Shown here in pieces: positions 38,945-49,591 of a DNA stretch of 64,000 bases. The stretch spans positions 224,001 to 288,000 of the forward strand of contig JBGAHS010000002.1 in the NCBI GenBank assembly GCA_044226015.1, read 5' to 3'. A program made the position numbers and the translations under genes. The notes beneath the pieces are model-generated. The model was not told where the DNA came from. It worked only from the letters and a program-made list of their open reading frames with translations, and did not search any database. The stretch comes from Candidatus Obscuribacteraceae bacterium. GTDB taxonomy: Bacteria > Cyanobacteriota > Vampirovibrionia > Obscuribacterales > Obscuribacteraceae. Position 1 is the stretch's first letter. Each line of letters begins with the position of its first letter.

Positions 38945-39521
38945 GGCTTGATGTAACCAGAGTCAGTGCAGCTGTAGTTTTCAGGATTGCTGCCATGTGA
39001 TTTGAATATCGGGGGCTTTTAGAGATTAGCCGCAACAACGAAGATTTCTTAAATAAGGAAAGAAACGAAAATTCGGCCATGATAAGTTGTGAACCATCAT
39101 TCAAGATACATTCAATAGTGTTTCGACGGCGTGCGATCTTTTCACTAGATGCTGACAGGTCAGAGGCAAGCCTGAGCTCTTCTCCTGCAGAAATTCTAAA
39201 AGCAACTTTTCGGCTTGGCGCTTTTACAAAGCCAGGTCTTCCTGCAAGGTAATTTATGCGTGGAATCTGCTTCTCTTTTGCCAGATGAACAATAGCATCG
39301 GCAGGTAAAACAAGTACAAGATCACCGAGAGAAATTTTACATGGTCTTGTGGATTGCGCCACACACGACCCCCTCACCAAATCAAAACCCTCGGCTGTGA
39401 AGCCTCCGTTAATGTGGTCAGAGTACATAATTTGACAAAGCTTAGAATTTGAGTCCAGAATATAGGTGTCTCCTACTAAATGCTTAGTAAATGCTATTGC
39501 CAGGTATGCTCGAATATTCAC
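38922..39521 (-). CDS. Hypothetical protein
   Basis: 199-aa ORF overlapping the next gene. Confidence 0.5.
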   Translation of the reverse strand: MNIRAYLAIAFTKHLVGDTYILDSNSKLCQIMYSDHINGGFTAEGFDLVRGSCVAQSTRPCKISLGDLVLVLPADAIVHLAKEKQIPRINYLAGRPGFVKAPSRKVAFRISAGEELRLASDLSASSEKIARRRNTIECILNDGSQLIMAEFSFLSLFKKSSLLRLISKSPRYSNHMAAILKTTAALTLVTSSHGAFHDE

Positions 39522-39786
39522 GCCGAGCTCAGATTTATGCTCTCAGTTCCAAAAATGTCTATACGTCTCACTGTTATATCATTAAGCTTATAAGAAGGCG
39601 TGTCCATTCCCAAAAGCACTTCGCTGCTAATTAAGACTTGTCCATTTGCTCGACCTCCAATAGAGTTTGCAGTGCCGGTAAAGACCGCTCATGAAAAATG
39701 CCTTTCTCCCTCGCTAATGGTGACCGTAGCGTATTGACTCAAATAAGAGAAGATCCTTTGAATCCGTGCACATTCGTCTTGCCTCA

Positions 39787-40282
39787 CTACCTGGACAAAA
39801 CATCAGTAGTGGCATTTTTACGCATTTCATCCAAGCGCTGGAGGTATTTCATTAGCTCAGTGTTGCTCCTAAGAAGACTCTCGGCCTCTGCATAAATTGA
39901 AAGTCTATTGTAGAGATCAAGCATGAGCACGTTTACCTCGATATTGTCCTTAATACTCCTGGCTTGCTGTGCATATTTCAAAGCAATGTCAAAATGCTGC
40001 AGCAAGAACTCGGATTGAGCCTTTTGAAAGTAAATGCTGAACTGCTTGTCATTTAATTTGCGCTACTTTCGCAGTCCGCAAATCGGGAGAAGTCCAGCTC
40101 ACCAAGCAAGCGATTGATCGAATGAATGTGCAAATGGCTCCAATATTTGCGCGAATTTACCAGAGCATCTAAAAGAAGTTCTAGCTTGTAAGAGTACATC
40201 AACGAGCCCAAGAGAAAAGAGGAGCAAAAACGCAGTAAGGAAGCCGCTTAAAAACTGTAGATAGAACCTCGGGGCAGCTCAT
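39787..40282 (-). pseudogene. Degraded membrane-anchored TPR-like gene
   Basis: One frame gives TM segment FYLQFLSGFLTAFLLLFSLGLV and TPR-like YFQKAQSEFLLQHFDIALKYAQQA, with in-frame TGA (40099-40101) and TAG (40063-40065); the ATG at 40282 is out of frame. Confidence 0.5.
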
Positions 40283-40287
40283 GCCGA

Positions 40288-41301
40288 TCACCGTTCTTTC
40301 TTTTTTCTTTCTTCAAGTATCTTTTGCTGGAAATGATTTAGTCTCTTATTTGGATAATACAACGGGTCGTAGATCAGATTGTCATACAAATGAATTTCAA
40401 AAACCTCGCCGTTTGGAGTGTCACCCAAGGTCTCGGATAATCTGCTGTCGTTGCAGACATATTTTACGAAACCCTCTGTGCGCAACTCGGTTTCTTTGAC
40501 TGGACAGATATTGAATTCATCATCTACCAATTTGAGCTCGTTGTCGACATGCGTAAACCCGCCGCGACTTACACGAAGACGAGCTAGAAGTCCAATCAAG
40601 CAACTCGAACCTATTGGCGGTTTAGCCAAGACAAGTCCAACGTCAGTTTTTTTTAGCTGAACCTTCACTTCGCCAATTTGGGAGTCTTCGTCAGCCCAGA
40701 AGCTTCTAATTCGTTCTTCTATTACGCACTTATTTCTGTCGATTTCATCAATCATTTTTACTTTTGTGAATCCTGTTTCTTGCAGCTTAATTCTTGGAAC
40801 ATCCCATCTTAATGTTGATTTGCGTTTGGGAAAAACCTGACATAGGCTCACCTCTGCTAAGTAATAAGACTTTGGAATCACATCGTTTCGGAGATCGAAG
40901 AAAAATGCCATCTGCGAAAAGACTTTTATTGCACTTAGCACCGAGTTTCTATCGGCTGCTGAGTGCAATAGTGCATACAACACTGATTTGTCTAGTTCAT
41001 TTCTCACTGCCATTGAGACGGCTTCAGTAGTACATTCAATGAAAGAATCATTGCTTTTGGGAAGTAAGTCTCTCACTGCTCTAGCTTCAGATGTCTTATT
41101 TGTAGCTACGTATGCGAACTGTAATAGATATGCAAATTCTCTTGAGAGCCTGTCTCGTTGTGGGTTTGCAAGACAGACTTCTAATCCTGCTCGCAAACCA
41201 GGGATAGAATAATCGTACTCTTTGAGAAATTGTATCCTCGAACGTAATTGAGAAAACAGGTTTTCGAGGTATTCTTCTTGCGTTTCATCACTGTTTGTCA
41301 T
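40288..41301 (-). CDS. Hypothetical protein
   Basis: 337-aa ORF. Confidence 0.7.
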   Translation of the reverse strand: MTNSDETQEEYLENLFSQLRSRIQFLKEYDYSIPGLRAGLEVCLANPQRDRLSREFAYLLQFAYVATNKTSEARAVRDLLPKSNDSFIECTTEAVSMAVRNELDKSVLYALLHSAADRNSVLSAIKVFSQMAFFFDLRNDVIPKSYYLAEVSLCQVFPKRKSTLRWDVPRIKLQETGFTKVKMIDEIDRNKCVIEERIRSFWADEDSQIGEVKVQLKKTDVGLVLAKPPIGSSCLIGLLARLRVSRGGFTHVDNELKLVDDEFNICPVKETELRTEGFVKYVCNDSRLSETLGDTPNGEVFEIHLYDNLIYDPLYYPNKRLNHFQQKILEERKKKER

Positions 41302-41647
41302 TAGTTGTTTGTTCGAAAGGGGCTGATTTTGAGATACACTGCGGGGCGTTCATCCAATACGTTTGGTTTGAAATCAAGTTTTCGACTGGGAGGATGCCAG
41401 ACGGCGCTTTTGCAATCTCATGGCTTCAGATATTTTTGTCCTTTAGAGAGTTGTGTACCTCGATGGTGAGTTATTTACAGTTGGCAAACAGGCATCGTTT
41501 CCCTGGGCACAGATCAAATTGGTTTCCACTCGCGCAGCCTCTTCCTTTCGGCTGCTTTCCTTTTTTTCTTTTCAGCACCATACGCTGACGGAAGACATTC
41601 GATTTTCGATGAGAAGCAAATCTCAAAGTCTTCCTCTTCATTTGCAT

Positions 41648-42616
41648 TCAATGGTAGTGGACACATCCCCGAAGACATCGGATGTTTTCCAGTTCTTTCC
41701 TGCATCTCGTGTTTTCTCCCTGAAGGCAAACTCCATATGAATTTAGCTCGGTAAGTGCTTGAAAAGCTGCCTTATTTGCGCCTGGGACTCGCGATTTTTC
41801 GAGAATTCTTGATGAAAGGAGTCCTTTAGTCTTGCTCATTGTTACGAATATCACCACGGGATCGCGTTCAAGCTGTTCCTCTGACTCTCTTGAAAGGCTG
41901 TATGCATATCCATGTTTATAGAATTTACTCAAATTTCTTTCAAATAGACCGCAATACATGCCAATCTGAGCTTCGTTATGTCTTTGACGAGTGTCAGGTA
42001 GCTCAGCTATTTCCTCTGTCGTAGGCGGGTTTAACCAAGCCGGATCAAATGCTACAGATGGCTTTCTGTATTCCCACAGATCGCCACTGAGCCAAATGGC
42101 TTGAGAGAGGTAGAAATAGTCACGAGCCAAACGGACCTTGCCAGCTTCTCCTGCTTTCTTGTCTATTTCTATAGCTCGCTTAAGAACAAGTTTGGCTGAC
42201 CCATAACTAGCCATATTTCTGTGCAAAACTGCGAGAGTCACTAACACATCAGAGCAAGTAATTGTAGCCAGCTCATCACCGGCTTCGAGACTGCTCAATA
42301 ATTCTGCAGCCTTTTCATAGGTCGCGATTGCTTTTCGATCATCATTCGCCCAATTTGCTGCCTTGACCTGAATACATTTTGCAATTTCATACTGGCTAAC
42401 GCCTTTTTGCATGTCACTTGATGCTGCTTTCAACGACAACTCAAACTCAGTTTCAGCTGCAGAATAATTCTTCTGTTGAAACTTCAGTCTACCCCTGGTG
42501 AGAGCCGCGCTCCATTCATTGCTATCGTTTCTAGTTGGCAAATTGCTGGACTCAGCTGGCATGGAGATAGCACCTAGTATAAGGGTGAAAACTAATGTTG
42601 CAATGAAGTTTTTCAT
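41648..42616 (-). CDS. Secreted TPR protein with TonB-C-like C-terminal segment (possibly frameshifted near 41735)
   Basis: Signal peptide, TPRs (GRLKFQQKNYSAAETEFELSL); VVIFVTMSK..GLLSSRILEKS...ANKAAFQAL; the alternate frame continues CPLPLNANEEEDFEICFS. Confidence 0.65.
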   Translation of the reverse strand: MKNFIATLVFTLILGAISMPAESSNLPTRNDSNEWSAALTRGRLKFQQKNYSAAETEFELSLKAASSDMQKGVSQYEIAKCIQVKAANWANDDRKAIATYEKAAELLSSLEAGDELATITCSDVLVTLAVLHRNMASYGSAKLVLKRAIEIDKKAGEAGKVRLARDYFYLSQAIWLSGDLWEYRKPSVAFDPAWLNPPTTEEIAELPDTRQRHNEAQIGMYCGLFERNLSKFYKHGYAYSLSRESEEQLERDPVVIFVTMSKTKGLLSSRILEKSRVPGANKAAFQALTELNSYGVCLQGENTRCRKELENIRCLRGCVHYH

Positions 42617-42734
42617 TTCATCACCGGGTCGAATTTACCATGGTTTGCTGTGACAAAACTGAGAGCCGCATGTGTTTTAAAGATTCGCCGCATAAGTTGC
42701 GCTTCCAGATGAGTATGACCCAAATTCAATGATT

Positions 42735-43328
42735 TCATGACTCGACTAGATTGTAAGACCAGCGGTAGCGAAACTTCCCCGGAGCAGAAACAACAAATCG
42801 ACCGCCCGCCCCCAAGAGATTTGCGGTGCTTATGTTGCCACCGCCGTTATCAATCAGGATACAGCCGTTCTTCGGACCACCAAAAGGTCCACTATTGGGA
42901 GTGACATCTACCACACCGGTTACGACAATATTTGCAGGGTTCGTTCCTGCTTTCAGAAGCCCGTCTTCAAGATTTCCACCAGCCCTAATGAAAATCATTC
43001 CTGATGGATTGCTTATAGAACCAACGGTGATACTGTTATGCGCGAACAGCTGCACACTCGGATAAATTACTGTCGGGTATTCTCCAGCAGCTATGTATTC
43101 TGGCGGCGTAGCACTTGCGCTAATTTTCCCGGGAACGATGAGATTGCCACCAAAATTTTTGCAACCTTCGCCAAATGCAAAATACTTGTGCTGCGACCAT
43201 TTTGATGTGGAATCATACACAGAGCCCCCCGACGTGTGTTCAAATGTTTCAAATTTTTCGCAGCAGAAACCGGTCAACCAGCATGCAATACCTGCGGGTT
43301 GAGAACAAACATAGACTAAGTTCACCAT
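42735..43328 (-). pseudogene. Fragment resembling a Gly/Asn-rich beta-helical adhesin segment
   Basis: ITVGSISN, IFIRAGGNL, GGNISTANL; no signal peptide and abrupt ends. Confidence 0.35.
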
Positions 43329-43523
43329 ACCCCAAGAGTGAAGACTTTTTGCTTCAAAAATGTAGGCAGTTTGCTATTGACACCAAAGTGATGCACCAGC
43401 GTTGGCTTTTCGGAACATAAAATCTCAGCGGCGAATTTTCTGTCGGAACACTTACAGAGCTTGCACAATCAAAAAAGAGGTAACTCCTCTCTTCTAGAAA
43501 GAGCATCTAAGAACAAGATTTCT

Positions 43524-44675
43524 TCAGCCTTTAGAAAGCAGCTCTTTAGCGTAGTACGCCGCAGAGCCCGTACCATCTTTATCAATAACAGACTGAAGCA
43601 GAACCTTATCAGATTCGCGAAGAACAGGGTCAGGGTCGCTAGCAAGTATAGTCTTGAACGCAAACACTCCTTCGAGTCGCGCAGCATAATAATCATCCAG
43701 CATGAGTGCCCTGACCACCTCAATATCTTCGGGATGGCTTAGCAAAAGAAGTTTCAGAACAAGCGCCACGCGCCAGCGCACTCCCTCGCTTGAGTGATTA
43801 TGCAATTTCTTCAGTTCATCTTTCAGATCTTGAAACTGCTTGGGTGTGCGATACATCACATACAAGATTTGCTGCAAGAGCTCACTGTCGGCATTTAGCT
43901 CTGAAGCGACTATTTCAGTGAGTTCCGTGCAAACATACTCTGCTTCTGCCAGCAGAAATAGTATCCAATATTTTACCAGGTGATGCTTCGTATTCTTGTA
44001 AGCAACAATGAGCTTTGCTGCATGGTCCTCAATGTATGAGCGGTCAATAGAGTGGTCTTCAAAATGTCCTTGCTCTCGAGATTCAAAACCTTCTGCTCCC
44101 TGGAGGCGCTCATCATCATCAGCAGATAGCAACAACTCAAAAATTTTCCTGTCCGCGGGCAGCAGTGCATAGAAAATTCTTATTGCCCTGAGGGGCACAC
44201 CAATCAACTGACTTAATCCAGCTGTTTTCTCTGATTGCTGCAAATCATCAGACATTAGCTCTTCATCAAAATAAGTGAATCGCGCAGTTAAAACGAACCT
44301 GGCGAAACCTGATGCATAGTCGAATTCCACTTGAGCTAAAGGCACAGCATGACCGCAAGCAGGAAGAGTTGTTTGATCGGTCTCAAGCAATTTTGATTTG
44401 CTATCATCAATGCTCGCAAACCACACTCTTCCTGCATCGTCTTTAGAAGAACCCCGCACAGTGCTGACGCCACAAACAGGGCAGACCGCGGAACTTGCGA
44501 AGAGTTCAGGACTAATGAATTTTGCAGCCTCAAACGTCTCGAAACTGTACTCTGCGGCATAGGGAAGTAGTTTCTTCAGCGACTCAACGGATTTCTGCGC
44601 AACTTCGACAGAAGGCACAAAATGCATGTCCTCCGGGATAAAAACTGCGGCGCAATCGATTTTGGTATCCGACAT
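43524..44675 (-). CDS. Hypothetical protein with N-terminal Cys motifs and C-terminal HEAT-like repeats
   Basis: CPVCG...ACGH; LHNHSSEGVRWRVALVL, LMLDDYYAARLEGV. Confidence 0.75.
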   Translation of the reverse strand: MSDTKIDCAAVFIPEDMHFVPSVEVAQKSVESLKKLLPYAAEYSFETFEAAKFISPELFASSAVCPVCGVSTVRGSSKDDAGRVWFASIDDSKSKLLETDQTTLPACGHAVPLAQVEFDYASGFARFVLTARFTYFDEELMSDDLQQSEKTAGLSQLIGVPLRAIRIFYALLPADRKIFELLLSADDDERLQGAEGFESREQGHFEDHSIDRSYIEDHAAKLIVAYKNTKHHLVKYWILFLLAEAEYVCTELTEIVASELNADSELLQQILYVMYRTPKQFQDLKDELKKLHNHSSEGVRWRVALVLKLLLLSHPEDIEVVRALMLDDYYAARLEGVFAFKTILASDPDPVLRESDKVLLQSVIDKDGTGSAAYYAKELLSKG

Positions 44676-44809
44676 TTACATTCTCACTGCACAGCAAAAG
44701 ACAGATTCTAACATTTACGACTGTCAAAGAATCAATTGATTCCTCTTTTCCAAGTTCTGGTGCCTAGGGCTTCTCAAGCATGCGCCATTTTTTTTTATGG
44801 AACTAAGTC

Positions 44810-45400
44810 TTACTTGTTGTGAATCCAATTCACAAGCCTGGCATTCGTATATCCGATTGCTCTCCACGAAAATCCGCTCGACGGACGAGCAATCATTGCG
44901 GTCAGTGCAAAATGACCCAGAGGGCGCAGCTGCTTTGCTGAATGATCCAGGGTTCCACTGCCAGTCCAAGCCTCATTGACGGCTGCACTCATTTCGTCGG
45001 TATGGTTTCGAAGTTCAAGGGCCGCCGCTCCCACGGTGATCAATGCGCCCGCACCAGCAACTGCGGCAATTTCTGGAGCAACAACACCAAGGGCGGCAAT
45101 ACCAACGCCCAGTTCGACAGCTGGAAGAAGTTTTTGAGGCTCTCTCACTATTGCTTCGATGTCTTCAGCAACTCCGTCATAAAGCCCTTTGCCGCAAGCT
45201 AATAGAACTCTGTTTGCTTTGGGAGTCATGTCGTTGGCTAGCTCTGAAGAAGGTTTCGCATAAACTTCTTTGCTAAATCTATCAATAGCTTGTTCACTTC
45301 CAAAATCAGTCCAGCTGTTACCAGTCAATACTGGTTTTGGTCCATCCGTGTAAAGCATCCAATTCGGTGTCGGTTCGAAAGATTCCGTTGCTCTGTCCAT
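44810..45400 (-). CDS. Hypothetical protein with Gly/Ala-rich hydrophobic hairpin
   Basis: AGGAGG RBS before MDRATES; LGVGIAALGVVAPEIAAVAGAGALITVGAAA. Confidence 0.6.
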   Translation of the reverse strand: MDRATESFEPTPNWMLYTDGPKPVLTGNSWTDFGSEQAIDRFSKEVYAKPSSELANDMTPKANRVLLACGKGLYDGVAEDIEAIVREPQKLLPAVELGVGIAALGVVAPEIAAVAGAGALITVGAAALELRNHTDEMSAAVNEAWTGSGTLDHSAKQLRPLGHFALTAMIARPSSGFSWRAIGYTNARLVNWIHNK

Positions 45401-45488
45401 GTTTCCGCAGCCTCCTAGGGAGAAATTGATTTTCCAAATCATTTCACTTTGATCTGAAAACCAAATGAAATGCGAACGTCCACAGAAG

Positions 45489-45514
45489 AAAAAAACGGAC
45501 CCTTTCGGATCCGT
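45489..45514 (-). terminator. Intrinsic terminator
   Basis: Minus strand ACGGATCC-GAAA-GGGTCCGT followed by a T run. Confidence 0.8.
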
Positions 45515-45545
45515 AATTTCACAAGCAGCGAGGAAAACTTTTCTT

Positions 45546-46049
45546 TTACTTCTTGGGTCTTGGGTTGTCGTAGCCGTCGATTTGCATCGTTTGAGGATCC
45601 TCAGGGTAGTGCTTAATTTGCCTGATCCAGGCAGGCTGACCTTCGGTTGAATGGTCCTTGCGCTGTTCAGCCTTCACTTGTTGAGGCGCAGCCTTGTCAT
45701 CAATGTGGTAAGTTTTAGGTTCATAGAATGGGTTCCACGAGCTTTCTTTAACAACAATGCTATCGTTTCTGTCAGCCTTCTTATCAGCCTTTCCATTCTT
45801 GCCACTGTCATAAAATTGGATGTCTTCGATGCCATATTTCTTCAGTTCACTACTAAGTTCTCTTGCGGCACCCTTCATTTCATCAGCCGACACGCCATTT
45901 TTGTTTACGAACAATTTGTTGTCTGCTTTTAGCTCTTTGTAAATGTCTTGCATCATTGCATTTGCTGTTTTTGCATCAACCGTATCACCTTCATGCAGGT
46001 GTCTTTTGTCAACTGCGTGCTTTACTGCTGTATCGATATCACTCAACAT
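45546..46049 (-). CDS. Hypothetical protein
   Basis: AAGGAGG RBS before MLSDIDT; followed by a terminator. Confidence 0.75.
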   Translation of the reverse strand: MLSDIDTAVKHAVDKRHLHEGDTVDAKTANAMMQDIYKELKADNKLFVNKNGVSADEMKGAARELSSELKKYGIEDIQFYDSGKNGKADKKADRNDSIVVKESSWNPFYEPKTYHIDDKAAPQQVKAEQRKDHSTEGQPAWIRQIKHYPEDPQTMQIDGYDNPRPKK

Positions 46050-46329
46050 TTGAACCTCCTTGTGGCGAATCGCCATCTGCTTGTGATATCAGAATATGAT
46101 TTGACCCGGTCATCTCTGGGTCGCATCCTGGTCAGTTTTGGGTCAGTGCATTAAACCTGTTGAACTCAGGAAATCGATACCTGAATAAGGTCCCTGAAAT
46201 GAATGTTCGCCGCTCAGCCAGTTCCCAAAGCGATGAAGACATTTACTCGGGAACATCTATTCAAATGAGAGCGCATCCGCTTAAGATATCTAGAGTCACT
46301 GCGCCGGTTGCTTATCTCTGGAACCAACA

Positions 46330-47226
46330 ATGCAAAATTCAATCAGCTCGGACCAACAAAGCTGGAACAGAGCAATCGATACTCTAAATGGGCTCTCCAT
46401 CGGCGACGCATTCGGAGATGCATTGTTCGGTCAAGATGCATCTCGAAGAGTTCTACCGACAACCCCCTGGTCATACACCGAAGACACGAACACGGCGCTG
46501 TCCATTGTGTGGTGCTTACGCAAGTTTGGCTGCATCAACCAAGAAGAACTAGCAAATAGTCTTCTTACCCATTACGACCCGGCTAGGGGTTATGGAAACT
46601 CCATGAATGAGTACTTCAAGCGCATGCAAGCGGGAGAGAATTGGAGAGCGGTAGCCAGTTCGTTATTCAATGGCAAGGGCTCTTTCGGCAATGGCGCAGC
46701 CATGAGAGTGGCGCCTCTGGGCAGCTTTTTTGCCAATAATATGAAAATGGTTGTTGAACAAGCCGCAAGGTCGGCTGAACTTACACATACTCACCCAGAA
46801 GGAATTGCCGGAGCCATTGCGGTTGAGGTGGCAGCTGCAATAGCAACTCAGCAACAAAAATCTGCCGGAACAGGATTGAACCTGGCCGACTCAATTTTGG
46901 GCTATGTCCCGGAGAGTGAATTGAGATTGAAACTAAACATGGCAGCGGTACTTCCCTTAAGCAAAAGCACAGACGAAGCAGCGAGCATATTAGGAAACGG
47001 CTCAGAAGTAACAGCACTAGATACGGTACCATTCTGCATCTGGTGCGCCAACAAGTATTCGACCGACTTTCAGGAAGCCCTCTGGCAAACAGCATGTGCA
47101 GGAGGCGATGTTGACACAAACTGTGCTATTGTTGGTGCGATAGTAGCTTCCTACTGCGGCAAGAGAGGAATTCCTCCCAACTGGATGCTGAACAGAGAAA
47201 TGCTGCCCTCTTGGGCTCTAGAATAG
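46330..47226 (+). CDS. ADP-ribosylglycohydrolase family protein
   Basis: GLSIGDAFG, WSYTEDT, GSFGNGAAMRVAP, SAELTHTHP, GGDVDTNCAIVG. Confidence 0.92.
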   Translation: MQNSISSDQQSWNRAIDTLNGLSIGDAFGDALFGQDASRRVLPTTPWSYTEDTNTALSIVWCLRKFGCINQEELANSLLTHYDPARGYGNSMNEYFKRMQAGENWRAVASSLFNGKGSFGNGAAMRVAPLGSFFANNMKMVVEQAARSAELTHTHPEGIAGAIAVEVAAAIATQQQKSAGTGLNLADSILGYVPESELRLKLNMAAVLPLSKSTDEAASILGNGSEVTALDTVPFCIWCANKYSTDFQEALWQTACAGGDVDTNCAIVGAIVASYCGKRGIPPNWMLNREMLPSWALE

Positions 47227-47249
47227 TTCAAATCAAGGACTCGCCAGCG

Positions 47250-48260
47250 TTAGTATCCACTGCTTGGCTTCTCTGGTGGCGCTTGCGGCGTGCTGCTTTC
47301 CTGCTGGAAGCCTGACGTTTGCGAGTCACGAAGACGTGCAGCATCAAGTGCAGAGCGCTCCTTCTCGGCACGTTCTCGCGCGCTGGCTTCCTCTTGCATG
47401 CCACGCTGCTTCAGCATGTAATTACCTTTTTTGACAAAGTAATCAGCCCTGGACTTCACGTCTGGCTCATTGAGTTGTCGCGCCGTATCAGATATTTCCG
47501 CCATCTCATGCGTAGCAGTGGCGAGATCAGAACTCACCTTGTCCAGAGCTTTTTTCATAGCGTAGCGGACTTCATCACGCATTCCATATTTATTCACCCG
47601 CAGCGCTATTTCACACAAAGGAATGCTCTCGTCTTCCTCATCAATGAGTAGCTTGATTGCCTTTCGCAAGAGGTCATCAAACCCGAGCGCCTTGCAATTT
47701 TCAGCATACGTGGTCCATTGGTCACCATTCTTGATTCCAGTAAAAGCTTTCTCCATCGCCAGGTGCGAAACGTCATTCAACGAGACCTCTTGCGATTTCT
47801 TTGCAAGGTTATAGAGCTGCGGTACAGTTTTTGCGTTTTCGATCAGCTTGCTTATCGACTCACGCGTTATTTCAAAAAACTCGTAGCGGCGGGCTTTCAA
47901 AGCCATCAGAAGAAGGTCTTCTTCTGAACTACACAACGAAAGCGCCTTATTGCAGCACTGACGCCTGATTTCTAACATCGGAAATCCATAAGCCTCTGTA
48001 AATTGCGCAATTGCCAGACACTTAGGTACATCTGTCGCACTCTGCAAGGCAGCCTGCAAGATAGGCTTGGCTTTGTCGTGCTTGCCCGACTTCATGTATC
48101 GTCCAGCACTCAATAACTGGCTCTGGGTCTCAGGCGATAGCGGGGAATCGACAAATTCGGTCTTGCTCTTTGATTCTGCAGCAAGTGACAAGGACTGAAG
48201 CAGCAACACGGTCATGGCTAAGGTAACCGCTCGTCGGCTTGATTCAGGGAAAAGACTCAT
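47250..48260 (-). CDS. Secreted helical-repeat protein
   Basis: Signal peptide; repeated ~33-aa helical units. Confidence 0.75.
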   Translation of the reverse strand: MSLFPESSRRAVTLAMTVLLLQSLSLAAESKSKTEFVDSPLSPETQSQLLSAGRYMKSGKHDKAKPILQAALQSATDVPKCLAIAQFTEAYGFPMLEIRRQCCNKALSLCSSEEDLLLMALKARRYEFFEITRESISKLIENAKTVPQLYNLAKKSQEVSLNDVSHLAMEKAFTGIKNGDQWTTYAENCKALGFDDLLRKAIKLLIDEEDESIPLCEIALRVNKYGMRDEVRYAMKKALDKVSSDLATATHEMAEISDTARQLNEPDVKSRADYFVKKGNYMLKQRGMQEEASARERAEKERSALDAARLRDSQTSGFQQESSTPQAPPEKPSSGY

Positions 48261-48394
48261 ACTTGACTGCTCCTCAAAAAACTTTGCAGTTCATTACCCA
48301 TTGTGGACTATTTGCCATTTTATACGCAAAGGGTTTAACCTGAATGGGTAAATTCATTTTGGCGGCGGGCACTTCCCTCAGGATGTACACGAAT

Positions 48395-49591
48395 ATGAAA
48401 CACCTTATACCCAGAATTTCTAAGGCTTCGGCGTTGGGTCTGGCTTTCAGCATTATGCTTGGAACTCAGGCACTAGCGGCAAGTAAGTTTGAGCAATTCG
48501 TGAACGAGGCTGAGGAGTTCTATAAGAATAAAGCTTACACCGAAGCCCAGCGTTGTTTCGAGCAGGCAATCAAAGAGTCCGATAAATTGGAGAAAGGGGA
48601 CAAACGTGTTCCCACAGCATTTTACAACCTCGCCCTGGTATTTCAGGCAGAAGGAAAATATGCTGACTCCGAAAAATTCATGCTGAAAGCAATAGATTTA
48701 ATGTCTGCTACTTACGGACCCGAGCATCAACGGGTCGCGTCAGCTTATATGGATTTAGGCGACTTGTATGTTGAGGAAAGCGGCGCGGAAAACAAGCCAG
48801 ATTTGAAGGCAAAAGCGTCCGAAGCCTATAAGAAGGGCACTGACCTCTTCGAGAAGATTTACGCGCAAGCCACCAGCAGTGGTGACAATGAGGACAAACC
48901 AGAAAAAACTAACAGCACTGGAAAAACACCAGCGCAGAGCAGCGCTGCTGATTTGTCAAATGCATTGAGACTGGTTGCAGATTTTTACTCCGAAGGCGAG
49001 CAGTTTGATAAGGCAGAACCACTCTACCTTCGCTCACTAGAACTAGAAGAGTATGCCGTAGGAAAGGATGATAAAGAGCTTGGCTCACATAAAGAGAAAG
49101 TAGCAGAATACCTGTGCGTAAACGGCAAGTACAAACAAGCAGACCCGCTTTTCAAAGACGCCTTAGAAAACGCAGAAAAGAATTATGGGGCAGACAGTCA
49201 AGAAGCCGCAGTAATAGCATACAACTATGGTGGCAAATTCTATGATGAGGGAACTTTTGGTGACGCAGAAGTATTTTTCAAAAAAGCTATGGCAGTTTTT
49301 GAAAAAAATCCCTCCGCAGATGAACAAGACCTTGCCATGAAGAATATTTCGCTAGCTGACGTTTTGGATATGCAAGGCAAGCATGAAGAATCCACCACGA
49401 CTTACAAGAAGGCGCTTGCTGTGCTTGAAAAAAATCCAGACAAGCAAGTGCTCGTGCGCGGTTTGAAACAGTACCAGAAGCACCTGCTTATGCAAAACAA
49501 AAAAGACGAAGCAGCAAAAGTTGCTAACCGCATCAAAGATTTGAAGGCAGAAACAAAGACAGACGCAAAGAATGAGCCAAAAGCGCAATAA
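48395..49591 (+). CDS. Secreted TPR (kinesin-light-chain-type) protein
   Basis: Signal peptide ALA-A; NLALVFQAEGKYADSE, YGPEH..VA, AEPLYLRSLEL. Confidence 0.85.
   Translation: MKHLIPRISKASALGLAFSIMLGTQALAASKFEQFVNEAEEFYKNKAYTEAQRCFEQAIKESDKLEKGDKRVPTAFYNLALVFQAEGKYADSEKFMLKAIDLMSATYGPEHQRVASAYMDLGDLYVEESGAENKPDLKAKASEAYKKGTDLFEKIYAQATSSGDNEDKPEKTNSTGKTPAQSSAADLSNALRLVADFYSEGEQFDKAEPLYLRSLELEEYAVGKDDKELGSHKEKVAEYLCVNGKYKQADPLFKDALENAEKNYGADSQEAAVIAYNYGGKFYDEGTFGDAEVFFKKAMAVFEKNPSADEQDLAMKNISLADVLDMQGKHEESTTTYKKALAVLEKNPDKQVLVRGLKQYQKHLLMQNKKDEAAKVANRIKDLKAETKTDAKNEPKAQ

Noticed and set aside
40099..40101. Second selenocysteine UGA
   Set aside because: No redox motif, an in-frame TAG follows 12 codons later, and the start is out of frame.
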